From positions 15,263,946 through 15,319,853 of the forward strand of contig NC_068987.1 in NCBI RefSeq assembly GCF_001194135.2: a DNA stretch of 55,908 nucleotides, read 5' to 3'. The stretch is from Octopus bimaculoides. Lineage: Eukaryota. The notes beneath the pieces are model-generated. The model was not told where the DNA came from. It was given only the letters and a program-made list of their open reading frames with translations, and ran no database searches. The number at the start of each line of letters is the position of its first letter. The first letter of the stretch is position 1. Made by a program: the position numbers and the translations under genes. Positions 12,236-25,635 of this stretch are shown here, piece by piece.

Positions 12236-13687
12236 ATGCAGATGAACAACTAAAGTAACATATGAAGGAACCTAACAGACCCATTAAGTAGAAATCATGC
12301 TAAAAGGGACATTGAAGCTCAACACAAGTCTCTGGTTTCCTCTCAAACCTTTCCATACATGCCAGGATAGAAAGCGGACATTAGATAATGATGATTCCAG
12401 TAAGTCACAATTCTAAAACCACAAAAGACAATGTTGTATGCACTTCAGTAAGACACAAGTGCATCTGGTGGTGCAGTGGAAACTCAGAAAAAGATGTTGA
12501 GAATATGATAAAATATAATAATTATATTAATAAATATGAGTAAGAATTTATTTTAGTATTTAGCTTATTGATATTCATTACAGTTCATTCTGGATATCAT
12601 TACATCAAATGTTGTCTGAAAATAAAATGCTACTGTAAGCAGAGTTAGTGTAATGCTAGTAATTTATAAAGCAAAAATCCAAATTTGAAATACGAAAGTA
12701 GCATTTGCATAGAGTAGTGTGATTCTTAAAGAGGGTCTCCATCACAAGAATTAAGTCAGCTATATCATTTAGCTAGCAATATTATAAAAATTCACATATT
12801 GTACTTGAAGATAATACAAGCAAATTATCCCCATGTGAGAAACGAATGTTAAGTAATGAGATCTATCTTAAATATCAACTACAGTTTAATAAATGGTATC
12901 ACACATTATAAGTTCTAATCTGAGACCAGTTCTATCTGTAGCTGGGTGACTATACCATTCATACATTACTTCAGGCAGCTTACCATGTCATCTTCTTGTG
13001 TATTATAAATTGTGTCTATTAATTTATTAATACTATTTCATTTCCAATTTGGTCACATAGCACTAGGAGGGGATGTTATTCTACTAATGGCAGAAATCTG
13101 TGCTTATAATGCCTAATATTACTTCCATTAAATCTTAACAATATTATTCAAATATATTATTTTTACAATGAAAAGCATATAATTTTGATTTCTTTTTTTA
13201 AATCTTGTCGAGAATTAAAAGAATATTAATTTTACCTTTTAAATGATATTATATTGCCTTTATTTGTAAGATTTTATAATGAAACCAATGGACTGATTTT
13301 AATCTTCTTTTGTACTCATTTTAAGAACTCAATAAATTTGTGTACATCTATACTGTCTTACTTCTCATTATTTCAGTTGGTAAAATTTTCAGATTTTTGT
13401 ATATTTTGTGAAATTACAATTTGTCCAGTCAAATCAGACTGCAGCCTTCCAGTTTGCCAGTCCTGGTCAAACTGTCCAACCCATGGACAATGGGTGTTAA
13501 ATAATGATGATGATGATGATGAATATGATGTTCACATGTTTAAGGTTACAGTTCACTGACTTTAGAAAGCATAGGGCACAGAACAGGCACTGGTGTCACG
13601 TTTAACTAGTGAGCTTGTTAAAAGATCTCCAGGAGAGAGATTACTTAACTAGATTTGACTGCAAAACTAGCAATTTTTATGGACTTA

Positions 13688-13849
13688 GGCATGGGAGTGG
13701 CTGTGTGATAAGTAGCTTGCTTACCAACCACATGGTTCCGGGTTCAGTCCCATTGCGTGGCACCTTGGGCAAGTGTCTTCTACTATAGCCTCGGGCCGAC
13801 CAAAGCCTTGTGAGTGGATTTGGTAGACGGAAACTGAAAGAAGCCCGTC
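13688..13849 (+). mobile_element. tRNA-derived SINE head
   Basis: Near-identical to 54746-54907. Confidence 0.9.
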
Positions 13850-13866
13850 ATATATATGTATATATA

Positions 13867-14125
13867 TATGAAAATAAACAGACCTGATGAGTTCTTCAAC
13901 ACCTCTAACCTACAAGAGAAGAAGGCGATCATCAATTACATTGACATTACAGAAGAGGATATATTGTTGGCCATTGACGAGTTAAACTCAAACTCTGCAA
14001 CAGGCCCAGCTGGACTCCCACCAATTCTGTTAAAAACATGCAAGAAAGCTCTTGCAAAACCACTGCAGATGCTTTTCCAGAGTTCCCTTGAATGCGTTAC
14101 ATTTCCTCAAATGTTAAAAGAGCCT
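13867..14125 (+). mobile_element. CR1/L2/Jockey-group LINE reverse-transcriptase N-terminal fragment
   Basis: NSATGPAGLPPILLKTCKKALAKPLQMLFQSSL matches the RT domain-0 motif .S.GPDGIP..LLK.C...LA.PL..LF..SL. Confidence 0.8.
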
Positions 14126-14331
14126 TTGACACAGTCACTGATCTCGTATCGAGAAAAACATGTTTTAAATCACTGAGCGAGAAAAATACAGTAACAGTAC
14201 CGAATAGCACGAAATATTTCGGCTGTTTTCATTACGCTAGCACCTGCCATATGAGCACCAACAGTTTGACCTTTTTGAAAGTCTGGTAGATCTGTCATTT
14301 TAATTACATTTCTCTGATGATATCTGAAAAG

Positions 14332-14950
14332 AAACAGCAATTTTAGCAAAACAAATTAAGCAACACTAATAATAAATCAAAAAACATAAAAATAAACAAG
14401 CTTTTGACGGTTTTACAGATATTTCAAAATTATGATGCTATGATGATGCTAGGTGTTTCTATTATTTTGTCCAACCCCTGTATGTATATATTTGAAAAAA
14501 AATGAATAAGAACTACAGTAATGTTTATTATCACATTTATGTGGCTATTTCATGCAGAACAAATGAACAAATGTTACTACATTTGAACCCCCAGGAAAAC
14601 TGCTTTTCCCGCTGGTTAATGACACACAACCTGTGACTGTTTACTTGCAATAAAACAGACGGTTTGTGTGTCATTAACCAGCGGGAAAGATGTTGTCCTG
14701 GGATTAAAATGGAGTAACATTTGTTCTGCATGGAACAGCCACATAAAAGTAGTAACAAACATTACTGTAGTTGTTATTCATTTTTTTCAAATATATACAT
14801 ACAGGAGTTGGATAAAATAATGGAAACACCTGGCATCATCATAGCATCATAATTTTGAAATATCTGTAAAACCATCAAAAGCTTGTTTCTTTTTATGTCT
14901 TTTGATTTATTATTAGTGTTGCTTAATTTGTTTTGCTAAAATTGCTGTTT
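14332..14950. repeat. ~620-bp foldback palindrome containing two outward-facing Tc1-like ends
   Basis: Arms ~14332-14640 and ~14655-14950 are reverse complements. The TIR-like AGGTGTTTC.ATTATTTTGTCCAACCCCTG-TA (14451-14482) recurs at ~21578-21610. Confidence 0.9.
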
Positions 14951-16610
14951 AGTACTGTAACTATGTGAATCTCTTTCAGAAATTTTAAAACCAGCTACTT
15001 TAAATTGAATAAGAATTACTTTTCTGGTAATTATTCCTCAGTTTAATGATTAGATGTCTCAAAATCCTATCATTACTGTTATTTTTTCTATGACCAGAAG
15101 TATTTTTAACCCTTTGAACAAAGAAAATGGATATATTCTTTTCTTCTTTTACCTGTTTCAGTCATTTGACTGTGGCCATGCTGGAGAACCACCTTAAAGG
15201 GTTTTAGTCAAAGAAATCGACCCCAGTACTTATTCTTAGTAAGCCTAGTACTTATTCTATTTGTCGCTTTTGCCGAACTGCTAAGTTACGGGGACATAAA
15301 CAGCATTGTTTGTCAAGTAATGATGGGGCGGGGACAAACAAAGACACACACACATAAATACACACATACATAAATACATACATACATAATACATAATACA
15401 TACATACATACATACATATATATATAATTAGTTAATTTAAAACACTGAGAAGAAAGACAAGAAAAAACAACAACGTGAGCACGTAGCACATGCAAATTAT
15501 AAATAAGATGCTCAGAGAAGGAAAAGAGTGGTTGTTTTACATTTCGAGTGTAGCGCTTCTTCGGAAACAGAAAACATAGGAAAGTCCAAAGGAAAAAGAA
15601 GGAGGGAAAACACCACCAACAGTCCACCTGTAGTTACATTTTTGAAATGACATGAAGTAGAAGGACAAAGAGAAAGTAAGTTGTCCCTGTTTCATCTACT
15701 CCGCGTTTCGAAGATAAGGACAATACGCGATTTCGTTGGAACAGTCCTTCCCGCAAAGCAAATTCAATAAAATTTGGGATTTTTTTGCGGAGGGCGAAAG
15801 TGTTAACAGGAACAGGACAGTGGGAACAAGACAGTAAAAACAAACGGTGAGGGCTGTTGAGCCAAGACGATAGAAAAAATTATTATGAACACTAGGTAGA
15901 CGAGCTATGAAAAAAGAGACAGAAAAAAGCATGTCTTTTCTTTAGGAAGGCAGTGGACAGAAAGAGAGATCCCCTTTTGTCACGTGTCAGCGACAAGAGA
16001 GTCAAGGAGGAAGAGTGAGAGAGAGGGAATGGTGAAAGGGAGAGAAGAATAGGGAAAGGGTGGGAGAGAAAAACAGAAAGGATGAAGAACAAGAGAGGGA
16101 GAGAGATAGACAAAGAAGAGATAGTAGAAGAGTGCACATCGTAATTATTAAGATAAAACTTATATATAATAGATAGATAGATTGATAGATAGAGTCATAA
16201 ATGCCAGAGAACTAGAATAGTTTGATGAAAATTCTAATACCATGACAAATTGTTTCCTAAGTTAAAATCATGTTAATAACTTATACTTTTATATTTAATA
16301 ATAAATAAATTGCTTACATGTCTTCATTAGTGCAAAGTGCAAAATATCCTTTAAAAAAAATGAAGAATTTAAGCTACGGTCTCAGGTAAAATAAAGTCTT
16401 TGTTAAATACTAAAGTCTGTCATTTATGACTTCATATTCTCCTTATCATTTTCTCTTGTATCACACTACATATTTTATGCTTTGTAGAGTGACACATTAA
16501 GGAGCTTTTTTTATCAGCACTACCAGATTACTTGAAAGCATATATTATGACATAATTAGATATATGTATACATATAAGAGACCAAAGTGTATGTACGCTG
16601 TTATATTTAA

Positions 16611-17087
16611 TATATAAAAAATACAAAGATGGGACATGAACACAAAACATCCAGACAGTTAGGTGATACAAAAAAAGGGACAACAAAACATCCAGACAGA
16701 CGATACGAGGAAAACAAGGACGGGTCATTCAGAGTTTTCTATCCTCAGTCGAGTTTCAGATTATCTTTGCAATTTCAGCTGGTTATACTCGAGATTGCTC
16801 CAATCTGGCCGGAACCAAGGTAAAAATAAGCTAAGAGCATTAGATTCCTTGGAAGAAAGCAGCAAATGTATACGAAAACAAGGACGGAAAAAAAACAGAG
16901 AAATGTTACACAAATACAAATGCAATTAACAGGACGTAACAACAAACTCGACTGAGGATAGAAAACTCCGAATGACCCGTCCTTGTTTTCCTTGTATCGT
17001 CTGTCTGGATGTTTTGTTGTCCCTTTTTTGTATCACCTAACTGTCTGGATGTTTTGTGTTCTTGTCCCATTTTGTATTTTTTATATA
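16611..17087. repeat. Element with ~145-bp inverted arms (16611-16756, 16944-17087)
   Basis: Direct reverse-complement comparison; class uncertain (MITE or inverted Penelope pLTR). Confidence 0.85.
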
Positions 17088-17224
17088 TTATATGTATATA
17101 TACATTCATATGAACATACATACATGTGTGTGTGTGTGTGTGCAAGTGTGTGTATGTGTCTGTATGTGCGTGTACGTGCATGTGCATGTATGCATGTGCT
17201 TGTGTGTATAAGGATGCATGATGC

Positions 17225-17273
<49 letters not shown>

Positions 17274-17361
17274 TGTGTGTGAATGTGTGTGTACAACATG
17301 TATGTGTGTGTACAACATGTATGTGTGTGTGTGCATATGTGTGTGTGTGTGCATGTGTGTG

Positions 17362-17407
<46 letters not shown>

Positions 17408-17837
17408 GGGACAATTGAAATTTTGAAAAGCTGTTTTATTTTATTTTGTTTTTGTCCCAATAGTAATTTTTGCCATAAATATCTGAAATTTAAAACAATC
17501 TATGACTGGGCACAGCTGAGATATGACTTCACTGTCATTTCATTCTTTAAGACAGTTTGAAATGAATATCCAGCCATCCAACCGCTAGTTCAGCCAGGTA
17601 GGCCCAAATTCACGCATTTACAGCTTAAAACAGACATTGAAATCTATTCATCCTGCCAAAGCATTTATTAACATTTATTTTACCCTGCTGATAAATCTTC
17701 TAAATCAACCTTTCAGAGTTCTTAAGTTTCAAGTTAAAGTTTTAATGAAACGCATACCTGTCTTGCACATGTGACCTGACGTGAGCTGATTGCAATATAT
17801 TTTTAACTAAAATAATTGTTGAGTAATGTTTACTTTT

Positions 17838-17874
17838 GATAACATAATTTCACTCTTCTATGTATGTATGTATG

Positions 17875-17905
<31 letters not shown>

Positions 17906-18095
17906 GTATGTATGTATGTATGTGCGTACACATATACATATGTATGTATTTATGTATGTATGTATGTATTTATGTATGTGTGCATTTATGTATGTATATA
18001 TGTATGTATGCATAAATACATTCACTCACTCACACATACATACATACATACATACATACATACATACATACATACATACATACATACATACAAAT
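17838..18095. repeat. (TATG)n followed by (CATA)n microsatellite foldback
   Basis: Direct reading. Confidence 0.9.
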
Positions 18096-18374
18096 GCATG
18101 CACACACACACACTGAAATACGTAAATACCTATCTGTGTTATCTTTTTTTATCTTATCTCTTGTATCTGTCATTAGACTTTGGCCATACTGGGGTTACTG
18201 CCTTGAAGACTTTAGCCAAATAAATCATCCCCAGTGCTTATTTTTCATGTTTGGTACTTATTCTGTTAGTCTCTTTTGCCAAACTGCTAAGTCATGAAGA
18301 TGTAAACAGGTCAGCACTAGTTGTCAAAGGTTGATGAAGGACAAAAAGAAACAAAGACACCCAGACATACATGG

Positions 18375-18720
18375 GGCACCCTGGGTGATCAAAAAATGGC
18401 CTCAGCAAACATTATTTCCAGGATCTTTTACGATAGTTGAAGAGCCATTAGTTCAGCTGGGAAAAATCATCCTACCTCTAGTCCACATGAAACTTGGCAT
18501 TATGAAGCAGTTTGTTAAAGGTCTTTGTAAAAATGGTTATCATGCTTTCAGTATATCTGCAGCACATTTCCTAGTCTGAGCAGTGAAAAGATAAAAGCTG
18601 GAGCATTTGATTAGTCTCATCTATGAAAATTGATGAAAGGTGAGAACTTTGTAAAATCAGTGAATTGCATTGAAGTAGCCGTATGGAATTCATTTGAATA
18701 GTTGTAAATAACTTTAGATA
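18375..18720 (+). pseudogene. Degenerate DNA-transposase fragment (Chapaev/CMC-like, tentative)
   Basis: WVIKKWPQQTLFPG...EEPLVQLGKIILPLVHMKLGIMKQFVKGL, then after a frameshift EKIKAGAFD; matches the LHIKLGLMKQFVKAL...KLKAGIFDGPQ transposase motif. The superfamily name is from memory. Confidence 0.6.
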
Positions 18721-19011
18721 TGTCTATAATAATAAACATGCAATTCTCTCAGTCCGTCCCTTTGGGACTCTTGTATCACAGTCTACATTTGCTCTGCATA
18801 GACATATTATACCTTTTTGGAATCAGGATGATCCTGGGTTTGAAAATCTGTCATTTGGTTCTTGAACATCCAGCACTGGGATCAGGTCTGGATGAATAAT
18901 TGTTAGATACTAACAGTTGAAAATTCAAATTTTAAAATATTGATATAAATACATACATACAATAAAATATTGATATAAATACATACATGCACATGCACAC
19001 ACACACATGCA

Positions 19012-19082
<71 letters not shown>

Positions 19083-19404
19083 AGAAACACACACACTCAC
19101 ACTCATATACTGTACAGCACTTGGAACACTAATTATCCAAGACTACTCTTCTTTATAGCATTCGTATTTTAATTAAAGTTTTTTTATCAAAATCTCATTA
19201 TAAATGAATGATATAATGAGATTTCTGTTGGAGAACATCAAAATAATAGATAACAATTTGAATAAGATTGTCTACAAGATATAATAGTTAAATCTGTCCC
19301 TAATCACATCTTAATGTCATGAAGAGTGAAGGGCACACTCGACAATGGTATAGTAAAATACAGGATGGCCATGGTTGAAATGGATAGCAACATACATATA
19401 CTCA

Positions 19405-19790
19405 ACCAAGGCTGATATTTAGCATCCAGCTTCTCCTCTTCCTTGTCATCATCACCACGATCACGATGACCACCACTAATATCACAATCATCATCATCAT
19501 CATCATCATCGTCGTTATCATCGTCATCCTCATTGTCATCGTCGCCATCATCGTTATGAAAATCATCATAGTCATTGTTGTCATCATCATCGCCACCATC
19601 ATCTCCTGCTCCATCTTCATCATTGCTGTCGTCACCACCAGCATCGTTGTTGTCATCCTCATTTAACCATGATGATGATGATGATGATGATTATCACCAT
19701 CACTACCACCGTCACAATCACCACCATGATCATCATCATCATCATCATCATCAACAGCTGCAGCAGCAGCAGCAGTAGTAGTAGCAGCAG
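19405..19790. repeat. Complex CAT/CAC/GAT/CAG trinucleotide tract
   Basis: Direct reading. Confidence 0.9.
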
Positions 19791-19916
19791 CATATCAGTT
19801 TATGAAATTACATTTTACTCTGCATTGTCTAAATACTCATATGAAATCTAAATCAACCAATCTGTATACCTTGTGCATTCCACTTTATCAGAGATGTCGA
19901 TAAACGATAAACGTCG

Positions 19917-20211
19917 CCCTTTTTCTAGCCAGGCTCATGGGCCCGGTTTCCCAGTTTCTATGGCGTATGTGTTCCCCCCTCAGCCGGACGGGACGCCAGT
20001 CCATCGCAGCGTTACTCAAGAATCAGGAAGAAAGAGTGAGAGAAAGTTGGGGCGAAAGAGTACAACAGGGGTCGCCACCACCCCCTGCCGGAGCCTCGTG
20101 GAACTTTAGGTGTTTTCACTCAATAAACACTCACAACACCCAGTCTGGGAATCGAGACTGCGATCCTTCGACCGCGAGTCCGCTGCCCTAACCACTGGGC
20201 CATTGCACCTC
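19917..20211 (-). mobile_element. Second tRNA-derived SINE family (ggtgcaatggcccagtggttagggcagcggactcg)
   Basis: Second copy at 34842-35143 in the same orientation. Confidence 0.85.
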
Positions 20212-20534
20212 CTATCAGAGATGTCACAAAGGTTAAATGTGTAGAGTGTGATTTTTGTCATAAGCATTCGATTCATAAATTCAAAATAATTTTTATTCAA
20301 AGTTGATTTGTCGAAGTAGTATTTTACTTCATTTATTTTTTAATTTGTAGAAGCACATGGTTGAGTGGTTAGGGTGTTGGACTCATGATCATAAGATTGT
20401 GGTTTTGATTCCTGGACTGGATGGTGTGGTGTGTTCTTGAGCACAACACTTCATTCCATGCTGCTCCGGTTTACTCAGCTGGTAAAAATGAATACTCCTG
20501 TGATGGACTGGCATCCTGTACAGAGAACAACATA

Positions 20535-20748
20535 CGAGGGGGTGCTGAAAAGTTCCTGGCTTCAGGGACATCACAAAAGGCCTGGTTGGAGGCCCAACTT
20601 TCTGAGTTCTTTTACAGGACTTAGAAAATCTGAAGGACTACTGCAATAAGTGTGTGAATCTGAGAGGGGAATATGCTGAATAAAATCATAATCAACCGAT
20701 CCTCCTGTATTTCTTTTACTCAAAGCCAGGAAGTTTTCAACACCTCCA
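20535..20748 (+). mobile_element. Mariner-derived MITE with transposase C-terminal remnant
   Basis: TA-CGAGGGGGTGCTGAAAAGTTCCTGGCTT ... AAGCCAGGAAGTTTTCAACACCTCC; internal KCVNLRGEYAE* resembles the mariner KCV...GDY.E end. Confidence 0.8.
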
Positions 20749-22084
20749 ATTAGAATTTTTCCCAGAGAAACTGGGAAAACGGCTCTTTGCTCCTTACAGA
20801 GTAATGCTGACTGACCAAATTTGTTAATATTTTTATTTCAATGGTTACTTTTATTTCTGCTTCCAAATAAAAGTATGGAAGGGCAACTTAGCAAATTATT
20901 TTATGCATGTTTTATGATACATTCTGCAAAAATAAATGCTGCAGTTGAATCAGTAGAGGTTAGTAGAGTGTTGAACTTTTAAAAGAAAGATAAAAGATTC
21001 TTTTATCTTATCTGTTTTTTATGTGTTTGGTTTCATGTGTGCATAATGTGTGTAATATGTTCAAGGCTACAAAAATGAATTAAGAAAAAGCTCCAGTTAG
21101 CTCAGATGACAAGGTAAGTAAGACAGAGATAAATCATCATCATCATCGTTGTCATGATTGTCATCGTTGTTGTCATTGTGTCATTGTCATTTTGGAGTCT
21201 ACTGAGGCAAATTTTCTATGGAGACATGCCTTTCTTCTCACCCACCCTCACCTGTAGCCAAGAAAGTGCAGATATGGCTTTGCAGAATATTGGAAATGAA
21301 TGACACTGCTTGTATGATAGTGATGCTCATTTACGACTATCACATGATGTCAAGACTAGGGGGCACAAATGTACACACATTCACATGCACACACACAACA
21401 CACAACACACACAACTGCACCTGTATATAAGTTTGGTACCCTGAGCAAATGCCTTCCATGCGATGGTATCAACATAGGATTGCAGTAAGTGGAAGTCCAT
21501 ACCGCATTGAATTCAAGCTGTAATTACTGTGAAAGGCAGTCCTACCCCATATTAAAATAAATTTGTTTGAAATTTTAAGGTGTTTCCATTATTTTGTCCA
21601 ACCCCTGTAGTTGTATTTGAAATGAATTGGGTGGGGTGGGGGGTTGAAGGAGAAGGAAATAGAAGACAATGTATTTTGGGTCAACATAAACTTAGTTTGA
21701 GATAAACAAGATCTAACATCACCTCTTTATCTTGACTATGTTAAGAGTACATGTGTCTGTGGAGTGCTCAGCCACTTGCACGTAAATTTCACAAGCAGAC
21801 TGTACCGTTGATCGGATCAACTGGAACCCTCGACGTCGTAAGCGACGGAGTGCTCCTTCATCTATCTATCCCACAAACAACCTATGAGTGACCCCTACCT
21901 AAATTTCATAAACGCATCTCCCCAGCTAATTTCAAAACCAAACCTTCTCTCCCCATCCGCCCCATTTTACTCATTTACTCACTTTACCTCTCATTTGGAT
22001 AATTTACAACTTCTGAGGTTCTACTAGTTATGAAACATATGTAGCGTGGATCTTATCTACTCCATTCCCTAAATTTTGAATATG

Positions 22085-22435
22085 TATATGTGATATATAT
22101 TGGGTAAAGACCTCTTTCGGTCATGAATAACCATGAGATTGCACCTACCAAATTCTCATCCAAGTCCGGGCAAGGTTATTTATGGAAGACCAGCAGTTGC
22201 CCATGCATACCAGCTGCCCCTCTCCACGCCACCAATGTTATCCAAGGGAAAGGCGAAGGCCGATACAGCTTGGCCCCAGTGACGTTGCAACTCATTTCTA
22301 CAGCTGAGTGAACTGGAACAACGTGAAACAAAGTGTCTTGTTCAAGAACACAACACACTGCCCGATCTGGGAATCGAACTCACTACCTCATGATTGTGAG
22401 CCTGACACTCTAACCACTGAGCCATGAGCCTTCAC
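22085..22435 (-). mobile_element. tRNA-headed SINE with LINE-like tail
   Basis: Head ggctcatggctcagtggttagagtgtc; related heads at 20350(+), 37050-37345(-), 40230-40435(-) and 44810(+). Confidence 0.7.
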
Positions 22436-23189
22436 TTTGATATATATATGTGTGTATGTGTGTGTGTTTGTGGTATATATACCAAATTCACTGACAAGGC
22501 ATTAATTGGTCAGGGGTTATACTAGAGGACACTTGCCAAACGTTCTGCACAGAGGGACTGGGATTGAACCCAAAACCAAGAGGCTGCAAAGCAATCATCT
22601 TAACAACACAGCCATGCCTAAGTCAATGAAACATCACTCTCTTATCTGCAGTGCAGTTTCTGATCCAATGAGAAGCTCTGGCTTTACAAGCTTATAGTAC
22701 AGAGAAATATTTCAGTTGACTTTGATTCGGGTGAGTTTTTATCTTGGTTTTGAAACCCGATAGATCAATTCAATAGTCCTTTATCTTAGGGTTTATAATT
22801 TAGTATTCAGACTTGATTATACTCCATTCTCATTATGTGACACTTTTTTTATGCTTCACTACCATTATAAACTCATTTTTTCTTACTTTGTTTATATTTC
22901 AATATACAACTACAAAGATACTTCAAGTGAAGGTTAACAGCTTTATTAGTTAGCTGTAACAATATTTTGCTCGTGGCTGTGACATTTGGTTGCTACTGAA
23001 AGTGATAAGGTAAACTTTAACTTTGATTACTAAATATGAATGATTTATACTATTAAGAGACACAAAAAAAATAGACACTTGTAAGTTGTACATAACATAT
23101 ATAGAAGTTGTTTTTCATATGTATTATTTCTTTTTATAGAATATTTTCTCTTATATATAGATTAGTATATTCATAACAAAAGCCTTAAT

Positions 23190-23488
23190 CTTCATCATCA
23201 TCATCATCATCGTTTAACGTCCGCTTTCCATGCTAGTATGGGTTGGACGATTTGACTGAGGACTGGTGAAACCGGATGGCAACACCAGGCTCCAGTCTGA
23301 TTTGGCAGAGTTTCTACAGCTGGATGCCCTTCCTAACGCCACCCACTCAGAGAGTGTAGTGGGTGCTTTTACGTGTCACCCGCACGAAAACGGCCACGCT
23401 CGAAATGGTGTCTTTTATGTGCCACCCGCACAAGCCAGTCCAGGGGCACTGGCAACGATCTCGCTCGAAAATCCTACAGGAGCCAGTC
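23190..23488 (-). mobile_element. Retroposon 3' tail ending in (GAT)n
   Basis: catcatcgtttaacgtccgctttccatgctagc family; copies at 4485, 6030, 6370(+), 24360, 34675 and 45150(+). Confidence 0.85.
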
Positions 23489-24224
23489 NNNNNNNNNNNN
23501 NNNNNNNNNNNNNNNNNNNNNNNNNNNNNNNNNNNNNNNNNNNNNNNNNNNNNNNNNNNNNNNNNNNNNNNNNNNNNNNNNNNNNNNNNNNNNNNNNNNN
23601 NNNNNNNNNNNNNNNNNNNNNNNNNNNNNNNNNNNNNNNNNNNNNNNNNNNNNNNNNNNNNNNNNNNNNNNNNNNNNNNNNNNNNNNNNNNNNNNNNNNN
23701 NNNNNNNNNNNNNNNNNNNNNNNNNNNNNNNNNNNNNNNNNNNNNNNNNNNNNNNNNNNNNNNNNNNNNNNNNNNNNNNNNNNNNNNNNNNNNNNNNNNN
23801 NNNNNNNNNNNNNNNNNNNNNNNNNNNNNNNNNNNNNNNNNNNNNNNNNNNNNNNNNNNNNNNNNNNNNNNNNNNNNNNNNNNNNNNNNNNNNNNNNNNN
23901 NNNNNNNNNNNNNNNNNNNNNNNNNNNNNNNNNNNNNNNNNNNNNNNNNNNNNNNNNNNNNNNNNNNNNNNNNNNNNNNNNNNNNNNNNNNNNNNNNNNN
24001 NNNNNNNNNNNNNNNNNNNNNNNNNNNNNNNNNNNNNNNNNNNNNNNNNNNNNNNNNNNNNNNNNNNNNNNNNNNNNNNNNNNNNNNNNNNNNNNNNNNN
24101 NNNNNNNNNNNNNNNNNNNNNNNNNNNNNNNNNNNNNNNNNNNNNNNNNNNNNNNNNNNNNNNNNNNNNNNNNNNNNNNNNNNNNNNNNNNNNNNNNNNN
24201 NNNNNNNNNNNNNNNNNNNNNNNN
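23489..24224. other. Assembly gap (other gaps: 8312-8350, 33806-34290, 45377-45566)
   Basis: N runs. The FAAH-B exon chain is in phase across its intronic gaps, so no exon appears to be missing. Confidence 1.
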
Positions 24225-24524
24225 CAAGGCTTTAGTTGGCCCGAGGCTATAGTAGAAGACACTTGCCCAAGGTAGTACGCAGTGGGAATGAACCCGGAAC
24301 CATGTGTTTGGTAAGCAAGCTACTTACACACATACACACACACATGTATATATTATTATTATCATCATTGTTTAACGTCCGCTTTCCATGCTAGCATGGG
24401 TTGGACGATTTGACTAGGACTGGCAAGCCAGAAGGCTGCACCAGGCTCCAATCTGATTTGGCAGAGTTTCTACAGCTGGATGCCATTCCTAATGCCAACC
24501 ACTCCGAGAGTGTAGTGGGTACCG

Positions 24525-24570
<46 letters not shown>

Positions 24571-24657
24571 TACATACATCAATGCATTTATTCAGTTTAA
24601 TGCCTGGTTCAGCCACTTTCTTTCAAAATGCCATAATTTTTTGAAGGCCTGGATATA

Positions 24658-24699
<42 letters not shown>

Positions 24700-25399
24700 T
24701 GTGTGTGTCTGTGTGTGTGTGTGCATACAAGTGAGACATTTTTGTAACGTTGCTAAAATAGAATATCTTTGTTTTCCGAAGAGTCTACTGTTTAATGTTT
24801 GGTGTAAATTCCTTGTCTAGCACTCCCAATATTGCATTTAATTACTAATATGCAGGGTCATCAGTTAGAAAAGAGGATGGACAGTAATGTGAAAAGCTAT
24901 TAGCTTCGTTGTTAAACTTGAAGTTTTATGAAGGTTTGAGGTGACCTGAAATATAAAAAAAAGCATCATCATCATCATCATTGTTATAGTCTTTGTCCTT
25001 TGTCCTCCTCTTCATCTTCATCATCATCATCATTTAATGTCTGTCTTACCCTTCTAGCATGGGTTGGGTAGTTTGATAGGATCCAGCAAGCTAGAGGACT
25101 ACTTTGAGCTCAAATGTCTCTCATAAGTCCATTGCATGCTTTGGCTACCCTGATTCTTTATCTACCCATTTCTAAAAACAGGATACTGAGGCACATCAAA
25201 TGATATCTAATAACCAAGGAGAGTCAGGAAGAAGTAACTGTTCTATTTACCTTCTGGGATTTCAATATTCTCTTCTAGAAAACATGAATCATCACAAACA
25301 TAGGAAACACAACATAAATCACTGGCACTGCTTACCACATGTACTTATTACTCTTTTCTTTATTTGCATTTGCAATCATTCTTCCACCTGTTATCACCA

Positions 25400-25635
25400 C
25401 CTACTGTAATGGGAGAACCACGAGGGTAGAGTCCTCAGGCACCTCCTCCATAAGGTCCTGTAAGAAGCAACTGTCATTGCACTTTCCCAAGCAGATATTA
25501 TCAACCATCTCAGAATTGGTCAGCCCTTAAGTCTCCAACCAGTTGGCTTGGCTTGAAGAATCTGATTTGTGATCCTTTCCTGAGGCATTCTAACCATATG
25601 TCCATAGTATTGTAGCTGTGGTCTCTCAATGTATT
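25400..25635 (-). mobile_element. RTE-type LINE 3' ORF remnant
   Basis: Minus strand IERPQLQYYGHMVRMPQERITNQILQAKPTG...RW. Confidence 0.7.

Noticed and set aside
16906-18223. HT/VC/YI-repeat ORFs
   Set aside because: Translations of (CA)n, (TA)n and (TATG)n microsatellites.
19402-19851. Poly-His/Gln/Ser ORFs
   Set aside because: Trinucleotide low-complexity tract, with no splice context or domain.
23266-24275. 260-330 aa ORFs (also 33771-34526 and 45152-45617)
   Set aside because: They are mostly N runs across assembly gaps.
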